Positions 44,134 to 53,546 of a stretch of 53,546 nucleotides of DNA are shown here, one piece after another (positions within the stretch are counted from its first letter, which is position 1; each line of letters begins with the position of its first letter). Both the position numbers and the translations under genes were made by a program. Location of the stretch: NCBI GenBank assembly GCA_022710975.1, contig JAKLGA010000009.1, positions 1 to 53,546 of the forward strand. The letters run 5' to 3'. This stretch comes from Myxococcota bacterium. Its GTDB lineage: Bacteria; Myxococcota; B64-G9. The notes beneath the pieces are model-generated. The model ran no database searches. It was not told the origin of the DNA and saw only the letters and a program-made list of their open reading frames with translations.

Positions 44134-46029
44134 ATGCAACACATCGCCTTGCTGGTGCTGGCCGGCTGCCTGTTCGGGATCGCGCTCGGCCCGTCGCCCG
44201 CCTCCGCCCAGGACGCCTGCCTGGCCGGGGTGAAGAGCTCACTCGATGGCATCGAGCGGAAGGTGCCCGCGCTGAAGAAGGGCGACGGCAAGACGGCCAA
44301 CTCGCTCATCAAGGAGATCAACGAGGCCAAGGCCAAGCTGAACACCTGCGATCGCTCCCAGCCCGGCTGGGCGGAGCAGGGCCAGCGCGCCAACTGGCTG
44401 GACGCCTGGACTCGGGCGCAGGCCCTGGGCCAGCCCAGGCCGGCCGCGGCCGGGCCGGACGAGTGGACGCCCAAGGCGGTGGCCGAGCTGGATCTGGTCG
44501 AGAAGGATCTCGCGGCGCTGAAGCCCGGCGACGCGGCCACCACCAACGCCCTGGTGCTGCGCCTCAACGGGGTGCGCGACCTGCTGCGCAAGTCGCTGGA
44601 CCGCTCGCAGCCCGCCTGGAAGGAGGCCGCGGCCCGGGCCGACGCGCTGGACAAGGCCGCGCGCGCGCGTTACGCCGAGGGCCAGCCGGCCGCGCCCGGC
44701 GCCGCGGGCGGCCTGCCCACCGTGGCCATGCTGCCAGAGGACTTGGGCAAGGGCCTGGACATCAACGACAAGTACGTCTTCACCTCGGAGCTCGAGCCGA
44801 CCTTCAAGGACACCGCGCGCATGGTCAACGCCTCGGACCCGCGCGCCTGGGCCGACGACTGGCAGGCCGGCAAGGTCACCGGCCCGCTCGAGCGCATGCA
44901 GAAGTCGCTGGCCAGGATCAAGAACCAGACCCACCCCGGCGTGCAGCAGGCGCGGGCCGCGCTGGTCGAGCTGGAGAGGGTCTTCGGCGTGCGTCAGGCC
45001 GAGGGCCGGCGCCTGGTGGCCGCGGAGAAGGCCGCGGCCACGGCCGAGGCAGGAGAGGTCGACACGCAGCTGGCCGAGATCGAGACCTTCTTCAACCCCG
45101 AGACCTTCAGCTGCAAGCTGGAGCCGCCCTTCACCGGCGAGCGCGTGGGGGAGTGGATCGCGCAGCTCAAGGAGTACGACCAGCTCAAGCAGAAGGGGCT
45201 CAACCTGCTCGACAAGGTGGTCCATGAGCACCCCGGCTACGCCCAGAACCAGCGCATCAAGAACCTGCGCTACTGGTTCACCCAGGCCATGCCCAAGCGC
45301 ATGGCCCGGGACATCGGCCTGACCACCCTGCACTACCAGGACGGCCCGAGCGGCTACCAGGGCAAGATGGCCTTCCACCTCGAGCGGGCCCAGCGGTACC
45401 TGAAACCCGGGGTGATCACCGAGGAGATGCTCTCCAGGGACCAGCTCATGGAGGACAAGCTCGCCGAGGCCGAGCTCGGGGTGCAGGCCGCCGAGGCGCT
45501 GGCGCTGTTCACCAAGGAGTACCTCGGCCAGGACGACGCGGACTACCGCAAGGCAGCGGCCGACTGCCACGCGCTGCTCGATCGCCTGCAGACCGGGGCC
45601 ACCAAGGCCATGGCCAACGTGCGCATGCCGGCGGCCAAGTCCAGCGACGCCGGCCTGCTGCAGGTGGCCAAGGGCGTGGTGGCGAAGTGCGGGGTGGGAC
45701 CCTACGAGCGCATGGTGATCAACTACGGCCCGGCCCACAAGACGGAGCGCAAGAGCGAGGCCAAGGTCGAGGGCGAGTACCTGCGCATCTGGCACTGGAC
45801 CGAGGAGTGGGACGAGTTCCAGGTGACCCTGGCCGAGAGGTTCGACGCCAGCCCCTTCGGCCCGTCGAAGGTCGCGGGTGCGAAGGCCGACGCGGGCCCC
45901 CACCACCGGCTGGTGTTCTACACCCTCAAGAAGCTGACCGTGGGCCCGAAGTGGAAGACCCTGGGCAAGTGGGTGTGCGCCGACCGCATCGTCAGCAAGA
46001 AGATCGCCAAGGAGAACATCCAGAAGTGA
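44134..46029 (+). CDS. Large secreted hypothetical protein
   Basis: Signal peptide MQHIALLVLAGCLFGIALGPSPASA; 631 aa, helical/charged; no recognisable domain. Confidence 0.6.
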   Translation: MQHIALLVLAGCLFGIALGPSPASAQDACLAGVKSSLDGIERKVPALKKGDGKTANSLIKEINEAKAKLNTCDRSQPGWAEQGQRANWLDAWTRAQALGQPRPAAAGPDEWTPKAVAELDLVEKDLAALKPGDAATTNALVLRLNGVRDLLRKSLDRSQPAWKEAAARADALDKAARARYAEGQPAAPGAAGGLPTVAMLPEDLGKGLDINDKYVFTSELEPTFKDTARMVNASDPRAWADDWQAGKVTGPLERMQKSLARIKNQTHPGVQQARAALVELERVFGVRQAEGRRLVAAEKAAATAEAGEVDTQLAEIETFFNPETFSCKLEPPFTGERVGEWIAQLKEYDQLKQKGLNLLDKVVHEHPGYAQNQRIKNLRYWFTQAMPKRMARDIGLTTLHYQDGPSGYQGKMAFHLERAQRYLKPGVITEEMLSRDQLMEDKLAEAELGVQAAEALALFTKEYLGQDDADYRKAAADCHALLDRLQTGATKAMANVRMPAAKSSDAGLLQVAKGVVAKCGVGPYERMVINYGPAHKTERKSEAKVEGEYLRIWHWTEEWDEFQVTLAERFDASPFGPSKVAGAKADAGPHHRLVFYTLKKLTVGPKWKTLGKWVCADRIVSKKIAKENIQK

Positions 46030-46035
46030 GCTGGC

Positions 46036-46236
46036 TCAGGCGCTGCATTCGCTCGGAACGTCGGAGGCCTCCCCCTCCAGCCCCTCGATCTTCAGCGCGC
46101 CCTCTGCGCTCAGGGCGCCGCTGAGCACCTTGCCGTCGAGCTTCAGCTCGATGCGGGTGTCCTCCACCTTGAAGGTGCCCCTCTTCTCGTATGGGGTCAT
46201 GGCGTCCTCGACGAACTCCTTGCCCTTCAGGACCAC
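46036..46236 (-). CDS. Small ORF, possibly 3' part of a frameshifted secreted-protein gene
   Basis: 66 aa with non-ATG start; an upstream out-of-frame signal-peptide-like segment (ISLISAALATCLALAASAWA) suggests disruption; weak. Confidence 0.2.
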   Translation of the reverse strand: MVLKGKEFVEDAMTPYEKRGTFKVEDTRIELKLDGKVLSGALSAEGALKIEGLEGEASDVPSECSA

Positions 46237-46434
46237 CTTGCCGTCCTCGCTGAAGTCCAGCTCGAACAGCGGCCCGTAGGCGCCGGGGGCCGGGTGTTCC
46301 GCGCCGCGGCTTCCTTGCGCCCCGCCGCCGGCTCGCCGGCCCAGGCCGAGGCGGCCAGGGCCAGGCAGGTGGCGAGCGCGGCCGAGATCAGGGAGATTGG
46401 CCGGGTCGAGTTCGACGTGATCGGCCTCCTCGCT

Positions 46435-47892
46435 TCAGCGGCGTCGCAGGCGGCGCAGGAGTCCGGACACCTTCTCGAGCCTCGGCAGGGCCTTGAGCGC
46501 GAGCTGGGTCAGGCGATCGCCGGGCCTGCCCGCCTCGGCCCCCAGGTCGGGCGGGGTGCCCTCGGGGCCGTACATGGCCTCCAGCATCCGCAGCACGTTC
46601 TTCTTCACCATGCCCCGCAGCGGCACGTGGGCGACGAGTCCGTACATGGCCGCCTCCCCCTGGGTGGCCAGCTCGGGCCGGCCCTTGACCTCGGCCACGG
46701 CCGTGCGCAGATCCGCCAGGTACGCGTCCACCACCCCGGCGTGGGCCTGGGTGACCATGGCGTGCAGGCAGGCCGGGTGCTGCTGGCGATCGATGTGCCA
46801 GCCGCGCGCGGTCATGCGATCCCCGACCGCGTAGATGTTCACCTGGGGATCCCGGGCGCGGTAGGCGAAGATGGTGGCGTCGGGCGCTCCGAGCACCTCC
46901 AGCTCGGGGATGGCGGCGATCCCCTCGAGCAGCCGGCGGGTGGCGTCCAGCGCCCGGCCGTGGAGCTCGAGGTAGCCGCGCTCGCCGAGCGACTGCAGGG
47001 CGGCCCAGGCCGCGGCGTAGGCCCCGCCCGGGCGGGTGCCCAGGAGGCCGGGCGAGGCGAACACCCCGCCGCACCAGTCCGTGGTGGCGAAGAACTGGTG
47101 CTTCATCAGCTCCATGTCGCGGTACAGCAGCAGCGAGGCGCCCTTGGCCGCGTAGCCGTACTTGTGCACGTCGGCCGAGATCGAGCTCACCCCCGGCACG
47201 CGGAAGTCCCAGGCCGGGATCGGCCGGCCCAGCCGCTCGACGAACGGCAGCAGGAAGCCGCCCACGCAGGCGTCCACGTGCAGCGGCAGGCCCCTGGCCT
47301 GGCACAGCCCCGAGAGCTCCTCGATCCCGTCCACCACCCCGTAGGGGTAACAGGGCGCCGAGCCCACCACCAGGATGGTGCGCGCGGAGAGCATGCGCCG
47401 GACGGCCTTCACGTCCACGCGCATGTCGGCCCGGAGCGGGGCGCGCCGGAGCCTGAGGTCGAAGTACTCGGCCGCCTTGTCGAAGGCCACGTGCACCGAC
47501 TCGGGCGCGATGACCACCGCCCGGCCCGGCAGGCGGAGCCGGCGCCTGGCCCGATCGCGGTAGGTCTTCATGGCCAGCAGGATGCTCTCGGTCCCGCCCG
47601 AGGTGAGCAGCCCGACCGTGCCCGGCCCGCCGTGGAGCAGGCCGGCGCCCATCTGCACCACCTCGGTCTCCAGGCGCTTGAGGCTCTTGAAGGCCATGGG
47701 GTTCAGCCCGTTCTCGCTGAAAAACCGCCCGTAGGCCTCGCGCAGCAGCCGGGTGTGCTCCTCGCCCGCGTGGTAGACCAGGCTCCAGGTGTGCGCCCCG
47801 CGCCAGTCGGCGTCTCCCCGGCCCATGGCGTCCAGCTCGGCCAGCACCTCGGCGCGGGGCCGGCCCTCGGTCGGCAAGCTCAGGCGGGTCAT
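46435..47892 (-). CDS. PLP-dependent group-II decarboxylase/lyase (sphingosine-1-phosphate-lyase-like)
   Basis: HVDACVGGFLLPF and SISADVHKYGYAAKG (PLP-Lys) motifs, ~485 aa, fold-type I decarboxylase family pattern. Confidence 0.75.
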   Translation of the reverse strand: MTRLSLPTEGRPRAEVLAELDAMGRGDADWRGAHTWSLVYHAGEEHTRLLREAYGRFFSENGLNPMAFKSLKRLETEVVQMGAGLLHGGPGTVGLLTSGGTESILLAMKTYRDRARRRLRLPGRAVVIAPESVHVAFDKAAEYFDLRLRRAPLRADMRVDVKAVRRMLSARTILVVGSAPCYPYGVVDGIEELSGLCQARGLPLHVDACVGGFLLPFVERLGRPIPAWDFRVPGVSSISADVHKYGYAAKGASLLLYRDMELMKHQFFATTDWCGGVFASPGLLGTRPGGAYAAAWAALQSLGERGYLELHGRALDATRRLLEGIAAIPELEVLGAPDATIFAYRARDPQVNIYAVGDRMTARGWHIDRQQHPACLHAMVTQAHAGVVDAYLADLRTAVAEVKGRPELATQGEAAMYGLVAHVPLRGMVKKNVLRMLEAMYGPEGTPPDLGAEAGRPGDRLTQLALKALPRLEKVSGLLRRLRRR

Positions 47893-47905
47893 GCGCGATC
47901 CCTCC

Positions 47906-49063
47906 TCACGGGGTCCAGCCCCGGAGCGCGTAGGCCAGGCCGATGCCCAGGTAGTTGCCCACGGCGTAGCCGATGATGCCGGTGGTGATGCCGGCCGGGA
48001 GCAGCTCGGGGTTCTTCAGCCCGGCCGTGACCACCGGCACGAAGGGCGGGGAGCAGATGGCGGACACGTGGGTCACCAGGCAGGTATCCACGTCCAGCCG
48101 GGCCAGACGGCAGAGCAGCGCCTGCACCAGTAGCGAACCGAAGATCACCAGGGCGACGAAGCCGGCCAGCTCCCACTGCACCGTGACCAGGGAGTCCAGG
48201 CGCGCCTGGGTGCCCACCGCCAGGCAGAAGACCAGCAGGATGTAGAAGCCGAGCTGGAAGGTGCGCTGGATGCGGTGCAGCGCGGGCACGAGCGAGGCGG
48301 CGATGCCCAGCGTGGTGAGCGTCAGGATGGAGACGGCGGTGCGGGCGTCCGTGGACACCTGCTGGCCGGCCAGGAAGGCGATGGCCATCATCCCGGCCGC
48401 CGCGAGCAGCGCCAAGGCCAGCCAGGCCGCCCGCCGTGGGCGCAGCATGTCCTGGAAGGCCGAGAGCGACTCCACCTCGAGGCCGGCCGCGTCGGCGCCA
48501 GCGCCGCGCGGCCGGTAGGCCCGGAGCAGGCCGAGCTTCAGGAACAGCCGCTGGGCCAGGGAGGCCATGAACAGGATGTACACCAGCGAGACCACGGTGT
48601 CGTAGGTGTGGAACACGATGAAGGTGTCGTTGGGCACCTGCAGCGCCTTGGAGATGGCCGCCAGGTTGGGGGTGCCCCCGGTGTACACCCCAAAGCTCAT
48701 GCCGGCGAGCTGCCAGGCGTCGGGCCGATCGCGCAGCAAGAGCCAGCCCGCCGCGGTGATCAGGCCCACCGCCAGCACGGCGAAGCCGAAGGCCAGCAGC
48801 GCCCGCCCCGCCGTGGGCACCCAGCGGCGCACGTTCGAGCTGAGCAGCAGCAGCGGCAACGCCAGCGCCACGGCCACGTCCTGCAGGGTGCCCAGCGCGG
48901 GTTTCAGGCCCGCCGGCGCCAGGCCGCTGTTGCCGACCGCGATGCCGATCAGGTAGCACAGGATGACCGCGCCCACCTTGCGGGCCAGGGTGAAGCGGGC
49001 GCACAGCCACAGCACCAGCGCGGGCGCCAGCAGGTAGGCCGCGAGCAGCAGGGCGATCGCCAA
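47906..49063 (-). CDS. Polytopic inner-membrane protein (DUF819-like)
   Basis: 385 aa, ~10 predicted hydrophobic helices, no soluble domains. Confidence 0.6.
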   Translation of the reverse strand: MAIALLLAAYLLAPALVLWLCARFTLARKVGAVILCYLIGIAVGNSGLAPAGLKPALGTLQDVAVALALPLLLLSSNVRRWVPTAGRALLAFGFAVLAVGLITAAGWLLLRDRPDAWQLAGMSFGVYTGGTPNLAAISKALQVPNDTFIVFHTYDTVVSLVYILFMASLAQRLFLKLGLLRAYRPRGAGADAAGLEVESLSAFQDMLRPRRAAWLALALLAAAGMMAIAFLAGQQVSTDARTAVSILTLTTLGIAASLVPALHRIQRTFQLGFYILLVFCLAVGTQARLDSLVTVQWELAGFVALVIFGSLLVQALLCRLARLDVDTCLVTHVSAICSPPFVPVVTAGLKNPELLPAGITTGIIGYAVGNYLGIGLAYALRGWTP

Positions 49064-49067
49064 GGGC

Positions 49068-51599
49068 TCACTCTCCGCCCGGCGCCAGGGTCAGCACGCC
49101 GCGGGCGCGCTTGCCGAGCTCGCGCCAGTCCGAGAGCATGGGCACGTACTCCCCCCGCAGCCAGCGGGCGTGCTGGTCGGCGTAGTGGGGCGAGCCGGGC
49201 CAGCCCGAGGCGCCGGTGTCCAGGATCCACAGGCTGCGGCCGAGGTCGTTCAGGTCCGCCAGCATGCGGTGCACCGGCCCGGCCACCACCTTGTAGGGGT
49301 CGCGGCCGTCGCCGATGTCGAAGTGGGCCTTCCACACCGTGTCCAGCGCGCCCGGCATGGGCTGGCGGGGCAGGTTGACCAGCTCGGCCAGGGCCGCCTT
49401 GCCGCCGAAGGGGTGGCGCAGCTCGAGGTAGTGCACCCGGCCCCAGGCCCAGCCCGCGGGCGCCGGGCCGAGCCGCTCGCCCAGCTCGGCCACCGTCTTC
49501 TGGAAGGCCGCCTGCACCACCTCGCGCCGGGTCTCGCGCCGCGGGGTCGACAGATCGTCCCAGACCGGGTGCTCGGGCTCGAAGAACCACACGTCCATCA
49601 TGTGGGTCGAGTAGCGCTGCTGCAGCACGAACTCGCGCTGGGCCTCGGGCAGCTCGTCGCTCAGGGCGGCCAGGCCGGCCTGGCGGTAGGTCTCGAAGAA
49701 GAGGGTCGGGGCCGCGGCCTCGGACCTGGCCTCGAGGTCCCAGGCGATCAGCAACCCCAGGGCCTCGTCCTCGGCCTCGCTGCGCGGGGTGAGGGCCAGG
49801 AGGTCCTCCAGCAGGCAGGGCAGCACGCGCTCGGCGCGCTTCACCTTCACGTCGCGCTGGATGCGGGCGAAGGTGCTGAGGTCGTGCTTCGGGGTGGCGC
49901 GCAGCAACTCGACGATGCGATCCAGGCGGTAGGAGGGTGCGCTGTCGACGTGGAAGGGCACGGTCGCCCGCGCGGGATCCCAGAGCAGGTTGTTGGCGTG
50001 GCCCACCAGGGCGTCGGCGCCGCCGGTGAGCGCGGGCAGCTCCTCCGGCGCGGCGAAGCGCTTCCACTGGTAGTCGTCCAGCCAGCCCGGGGCCGGGAAG
50101 GTGCCCAGGTGCCGCTCGCGCACGGGGATGCGCCCGCAGGCGAACAGCTCCACCCCGCCCTGCGCGTCGGCGGCGGTGTACACGCTGGAGGGCGCGGCCA
50201 CCCCGGCCAGCAGGGCGCGCAGCTCCGCGGCGCTCTTGGCCGACTGGCTGCGCCGCAGGCGCGCCAGGCTGTCCACCATGGAGCCCGGGTCCTGGTGCAG
50301 GGCCACGAGCGGGGCGCCCTGCGGCAGCTTGCCCGGGTACACGTCCTGGAGGATCGGCCCGTTGCGGCTGGCGCGCAGGACGAACTTGCGCGGCTGGAGC
50401 TCGTCGCCGTCCCGCACCAGGATCTCCACCTCGCGCCGGGCGAGCGGCTGGAAGCCCGCGGGGGTCTGCACCCGGCCCGGGTCGGCCGGATCGACGGACT
50501 CGAGGTAGAAGTCGACCACGTCCGCCACGGCCGAGGTCATGCCCCAGGCCACCTGCTGGTTGTGCCCGATCAGCACGTAGGGCAGGCCGGGCACGCTGAT
50601 GCCGATCACGTCGAACTCCGGGCAGGCGAGCTGCATCTGCATCATCATCGAGGGCAGGAGGTGCGACAGGTGCGGGTCGCTGGCGAGCAGCGGCTTGCCC
50701 GAGCGGGTGCGGGCCCCGCCCACGGCGAAGGCGTTGCTGCCCAGTCCGAAGGCGCCGGGGGAGGGGAGCCAGGCGGCGTGCTCCGCCGGGCGCGGGTCCG
50801 CCGCGGGCGGCAGGGCGCCCGGGCCCGTGGGCAGGAGCGCGCGCACCTCCGGCGCGACGGCCGGCGGCAACGCCCGGAGCTCGCCCGTGAGCGGTACGCT
50901 CACCCCGCCGTCCCAGGGGCGCGAGGGGTACAGGGCCTCGGCCCGGTCCGGGCCCTGGTGCAGCGCGATCATCAGGCGCGACAGCTCCTGGGACCAGTTG
51001 TGGGTCACGCTCCAGGCCGTCAGCCGGCCCACGGCGAACGTGTCGGACGGCCGCCAGGGCTCGGGCGTGAGGCCCAGCAGGCGGTGCTCCAGGGGCGTCT
51101 GGTGGGCCAGGGCCGCGTTCACCCCGTCGGCGTATGCCTGGAGCAGCGCGCCCGCCTCCTCGTCCACCGCGGCCGCGTCCGCCTCGGCCGCCTCGTCGAG
51201 GCCCCAGCCGCGCATGGCCAGGTCGAACTCCACCGTGGTGCTGCCGAGCAGCGGCTGCTCGCCGACCAGCGCGCTCACCCGGCCGCGGGCGATGCGCCGG
51301 ATCATGTCCATCTCGAAGAAGCGTTCGCGGGCCTGCACGTAGCCGGTGGCCCGCGCCAGGTCGCGCTCGCTCCTGGCCCGCACGTGCGGCACGCCCTGGG
51401 GATCGAGCAGCACCTCCACCGGCGCCTCCAGGCCCGGCAGGCGCAGCGTCTCGGTGTCCGGGCGCGGGTAGTCGGGGCTCATCTGGTAGCCCAGGAAGGC
51501 GGACAGGGCGCAGCTCGCGGACCCGAGCGAGGCCAGGCCCAGCAGGGCCGAGGCGGCGAGCAGGCGGAGCGAGCGCGTGGCGCGTGCGGTCGGGGACAT
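49068..51599 (-). CDS. Penicillin-acylase-family Ntn-hydrolase (penicillin amidase / acyl-homoserine-lactone acylase type)
   Basis: Signal peptide, 843 aa; internal GLGSNAFAV (Ser-Asn N-terminal nucleophile of beta subunit after autoproteolysis), family-typical length. Confidence 0.8.
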   Translation of the reverse strand: MSPTARATRSLRLLAASALLGLASLGSASCALSAFLGYQMSPDYPRPDTETLRLPGLEAPVEVLLDPQGVPHVRARSERDLARATGYVQARERFFEMDMIRRIARGRVSALVGEQPLLGSTTVEFDLAMRGWGLDEAAEADAAAVDEEAGALLQAYADGVNAALAHQTPLEHRLLGLTPEPWRPSDTFAVGRLTAWSVTHNWSQELSRLMIALHQGPDRAEALYPSRPWDGGVSVPLTGELRALPPAVAPEVRALLPTGPGALPPAADPRPAEHAAWLPSPGAFGLGSNAFAVGGARTRSGKPLLASDPHLSHLLPSMMMQMQLACPEFDVIGISVPGLPYVLIGHNQQVAWGMTSAVADVVDFYLESVDPADPGRVQTPAGFQPLARREVEILVRDGDELQPRKFVLRASRNGPILQDVYPGKLPQGAPLVALHQDPGSMVDSLARLRRSQSAKSAAELRALLAGVAAPSSVYTAADAQGGVELFACGRIPVRERHLGTFPAPGWLDDYQWKRFAAPEELPALTGGADALVGHANNLLWDPARATVPFHVDSAPSYRLDRIVELLRATPKHDLSTFARIQRDVKVKRAERVLPCLLEDLLALTPRSEAEDEALGLLIAWDLEARSEAAAPTLFFETYRQAGLAALSDELPEAQREFVLQQRYSTHMMDVWFFEPEHPVWDDLSTPRRETRREVVQAAFQKTVAELGERLGPAPAGWAWGRVHYLELRHPFGGKAALAELVNLPRQPMPGALDTVWKAHFDIGDGRDPYKVVAGPVHRMLADLNDLGRSLWILDTGASGWPGSPHYADQHARWLRGEYVPMLSDWRELGKRARGVLTLAPGGE

Positions 51600-51623
51600 G
51601 TGCGTGGCCTCCCTTCCCCCGGG

Positions 51624-52847
51624 TCAGAAGAGCTTGAACGGGCCGCGGAGGCCGACGCTCAGCGAATCCGTGGCCCGGCTGTTGCGCCCGGGGATCCAGG
51701 ACAGGTTGCTGTAGGTGAGCGAGAGCTGCAGCGGCGCCCCCACCCGGAGCAGCGACACCACCAGCTCGGCGGTCAGCCGGTTCTTGTAGCCCGGCCGCCA
51801 CAGCTTCTCCTGGGTCCAGTCCCAGAGCTCCGACTCGGACTCCCAGTCGGACTGGAACAGCCAGGTGAAGGCGTAGCCCACGCTCAGGCTGACGAGCGGA
51901 GGCAGGCTGTCCGGGTCGGCCACCTGCCCGCTCAGCCAGGTCTCGAGCACCGGCCCGCGCCAGGCCACCACGTCCAGCACGAGCTGGAAGCCGAGGAAGT
52001 CACCCGGGTCCAGCGAGTAGCGCTCCCCGGTGTAGGGCGCCAGGTCCAGGATGAGCGGGTTCTTGCGGCCCGTGGGCGCGTCGTAGGTGTGCTCGAACAG
52101 CGCCTCGTAGAAGAGATCCAGGCCCACGGTCAGGCGCTCGTCGAGCTCGCGCGGGCGGTAGTCCAGGGCCAGGTGGAGCCCGAGCTCCCCCTGGGCGTGC
52201 AGCTCCCAGCTCGTGGTGCCCGAGGCGACGATCTCCTCGGGATCCTTGGGCCGACCCGTGGGCAGCGCCCCCTGCACGGTCAGCGCCAGCCCCACGCCCT
52301 GATCGGTGAGCGCCGGCAGGTAGTCGGACAGGCGGTAGCGCAGCCCGAGGATGATGTCGGCCAGCACTCCGCGGTTGCCCACCCAGGTGCCGGGCCGGGG
52401 CTGGCCCATGCTCTGGGCCCACTCCCAGAAGTCCTCCTCGGTGTAGGTCCGCCCCAGCCACCACATGTAGTCCCCGGGCACCCAGGACAGGCGCGGCTCC
52501 ACCGTGGTCCGCAGCACCACCGGCACGCCCAGCCCGAGGGTCAGGTTGTCCAGGATGCCGTACTGCAGCTTGGCGATCAGCACCTGGTAGGTCACCGAGG
52601 CGTCCGGGATGATGATGCCCTGCAGCCCGCCCCCCGGCTCGTAGCGGTAGAGCTTGTCGAGGAGCTGGGTGCGCCCGCCCTCGTCGTCGTAGGCGTTCGT
52701 CAACCAGGAGTGCAGGTAGGCCACGTCGACCAGGAAGGTCTCGGCCGGCAGCGTCTCGGTGGGCCGCCCGGCCCGGGCCGGCGGCGCGGCGGCCAGCAGG
52801 CCCGCGGCGAGCAGCGCCGCGGCGGGCAGCGCGTGGCGCGGGCTCAT
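51624..52847 (-). CDS. Outer-membrane beta-barrel protein
   Basis: Signal peptide MSPRHALPAAALLAAGLLAAAPPARA; alternating beta pattern, terminal ...LRGPFKLF (C-terminal Phe); start overlaps upstream gene stop by 4 nt. Confidence 0.6.
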   Translation of the reverse strand: MSPRHALPAAALLAAGLLAAAPPARAGRPTETLPAETFLVDVAYLHSWLTNAYDDEGGRTQLLDKLYRYEPGGGLQGIIIPDASVTYQVLIAKLQYGILDNLTLGLGVPVVLRTTVEPRLSWVPGDYMWWLGRTYTEEDFWEWAQSMGQPRPGTWVGNRGVLADIILGLRYRLSDYLPALTDQGVGLALTVQGALPTGRPKDPEEIVASGTTSWELHAQGELGLHLALDYRPRELDERLTVGLDLFYEALFEHTYDAPTGRKNPLILDLAPYTGERYSLDPGDFLGFQLVLDVVAWRGPVLETWLSGQVADPDSLPPLVSLSVGYAFTWLFQSDWESESELWDWTQEKLWRPGYKNRLTAELVVSLLRVGAPLQLSLTYSNLSWIPGRNSRATDSLSVGLRGPFKLF

Positions 52848-53546
52848 CGGGCCGCCTCCCCGGGAGGCGCGCGCAGGTCGAGGGTGCGGAACGCTCCGTC
52901 CGTGGCGGGCACCTGGCCGAGGGCGTAGTGCAGCAGCCCCGCGGCCGGCTCCATGATCGCGGCGTTCATGCTGTCGCGCGAGTCCACCAGCTCCGGGACC
53001 GCCAGCAGCTCCTCGGCCGCGGCCGCGTCCAGGCCGCCCAGCCGCGCCCGCACGGCCTGGCCCAGCAGGTGGCCGGAGCGCACCGAACGGAAGTAGTAGT
53101 TGGTCCAGTAGCGCTGGGGGCGCAGCGTCCAGTTCAGCAGGCGCAGGTCGAGATCCTCCGGGTTCAGCCGGAAGTGGACGTTCAGCCGCAGATCGTCCGG
53201 GCCCTCGCCGCCCAGGCGCCGGCCGTGCGCGTCGAAGCCGGCGGGCTCCTGGGACTCGGGCCGCAGCACGCGGAAGCCCGTGCCGTCCCCGAGGATGTCG
53301 CTGTCGGCCTCGACCAGGGCGAGGTCGCCCCCCGCGTCCGCGAGCAGGAAGCACCAGCCGAAGGTGTAGGGCGCCCCCCGCAGGCGCTCGAGCGCCTCGG
53401 CCACGCTGGTCGCGTGGGTGAGGATGTCGCGGCCGAGCAGCCCCATGGGGACGCCGCTGGACACGAGCCTGGCCAGGATGAGGTGCTCCCGGAGCTCGGC
53501 CACCAGCGGGTTGTCCAGGCTGTCGCACGGGTTGGCCGCGAAGGCC
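52844..53546 (-). CDS. Hypothetical protein, C-terminal part (gene starts beyond window end)
   Basis: Open frame continuing past 53546; no recognisable motif; translationally coupled to OMP gene. Confidence 0.4.
   Translation of the reverse strand, partial: AFAANPCDSLDNPLVAELREHLILARLVSSGVPMGLLGRDILTHATSVAEALERLRGAPYTFGWCFLLADAGGDLALVEADSDILGDGTGFRVLRPESQEPAGFDAHGRRLGGEGPDDLRLNVHFRLNPEDLDLRLLNWTLRPQRYWTNYYFRSVRSGHLLGQAVRARLGGLDAAAAEELLAVPELVDSRDSMNAAIMEPAAGLLHYALGQVPATDGAFRTLDLRAPPGEAAR

Overview
This 53.5 kb window is very GC-rich (about 70%+). It looks like Myxococcota DNA, possibly Anaeromyxobacter-like. The reasons are a MYXO-CTERM-type sorting tail (GCGGC...ALLLFVGLAWLRR) on one protein, Myxococcus-type cysteine-rich repeat proteins, and many LAAAGC-type lipoprotein leaders. 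Most long ORFs in the six-frame track are antisense or read-through artefacts of the high GC content. The real genes are listed in the features.

Gene content, left to right:
1. groES and the 5' end of groEL.
2. A znu-type metal ABC transporter operon (znuA, znuC, znuB). Directly upstream and probably co-transcribed are an outer-membrane beta-barrel gene and a ribbon-helix-helix regulator with a Cys/His-rich tail, behind a 29 bp palindrome.
3. Two tandem giant cysteine-rich lipoprotein paralogs. They share an exact 3824 bp duplication period and carry an internal 3 x 171 bp repeat. A VWA lipoprotein lies next to them.
4. A Maf-like gene and a PAS hybrid histidine kinase.
5. Several secreted or lipoprotein unknowns. 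These include an RND-permease-like periplasmic lipoprotein with no transmembrane core, and a beta-helix MYXO-CTERM protein whose start overlaps an ACP-like gene.
6. The most interesting locus, about 23.6-40.2 kb. It is a divergently organised lipid/polyketide-like cluster. The minus arm has an SDR, KAS II, a catalytically dead KS-like (CLF-like) protein, a FabZ-like dehydratase and a nitroreductase. The plus arm has a FabG-like reductase, two tandem paralogous radical-SAM enzymes with an N-terminal rubredoxin-like Cys3His module, two SPFH/flotillin-like membrane proteins, MvhD-like and HdrA-like proteins, and TusA. A stressosome-type module (RsbR/RsbS/PP2C/RsbT plus a second kinase) follows immediately. 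I could not match this combination to a described pathway. I flag it as a candidate new membrane-lipid or sulfur-lipid modification system, with low-potential electrons perhaps supplied by HdrA/MvhD.
7. Downstream: an FGE-domain protein and an ankyrin protein that share a novel roughly 125 aa domain, a cytochrome c-prime lipoprotein, and a possible N-acyl-lipid catabolic set (S1P-lyase-like PLP enzyme, DUF819 membrane protein, penicillin-acylase family, OMP).

Every call was read from the translations by eye. No database search was possible.
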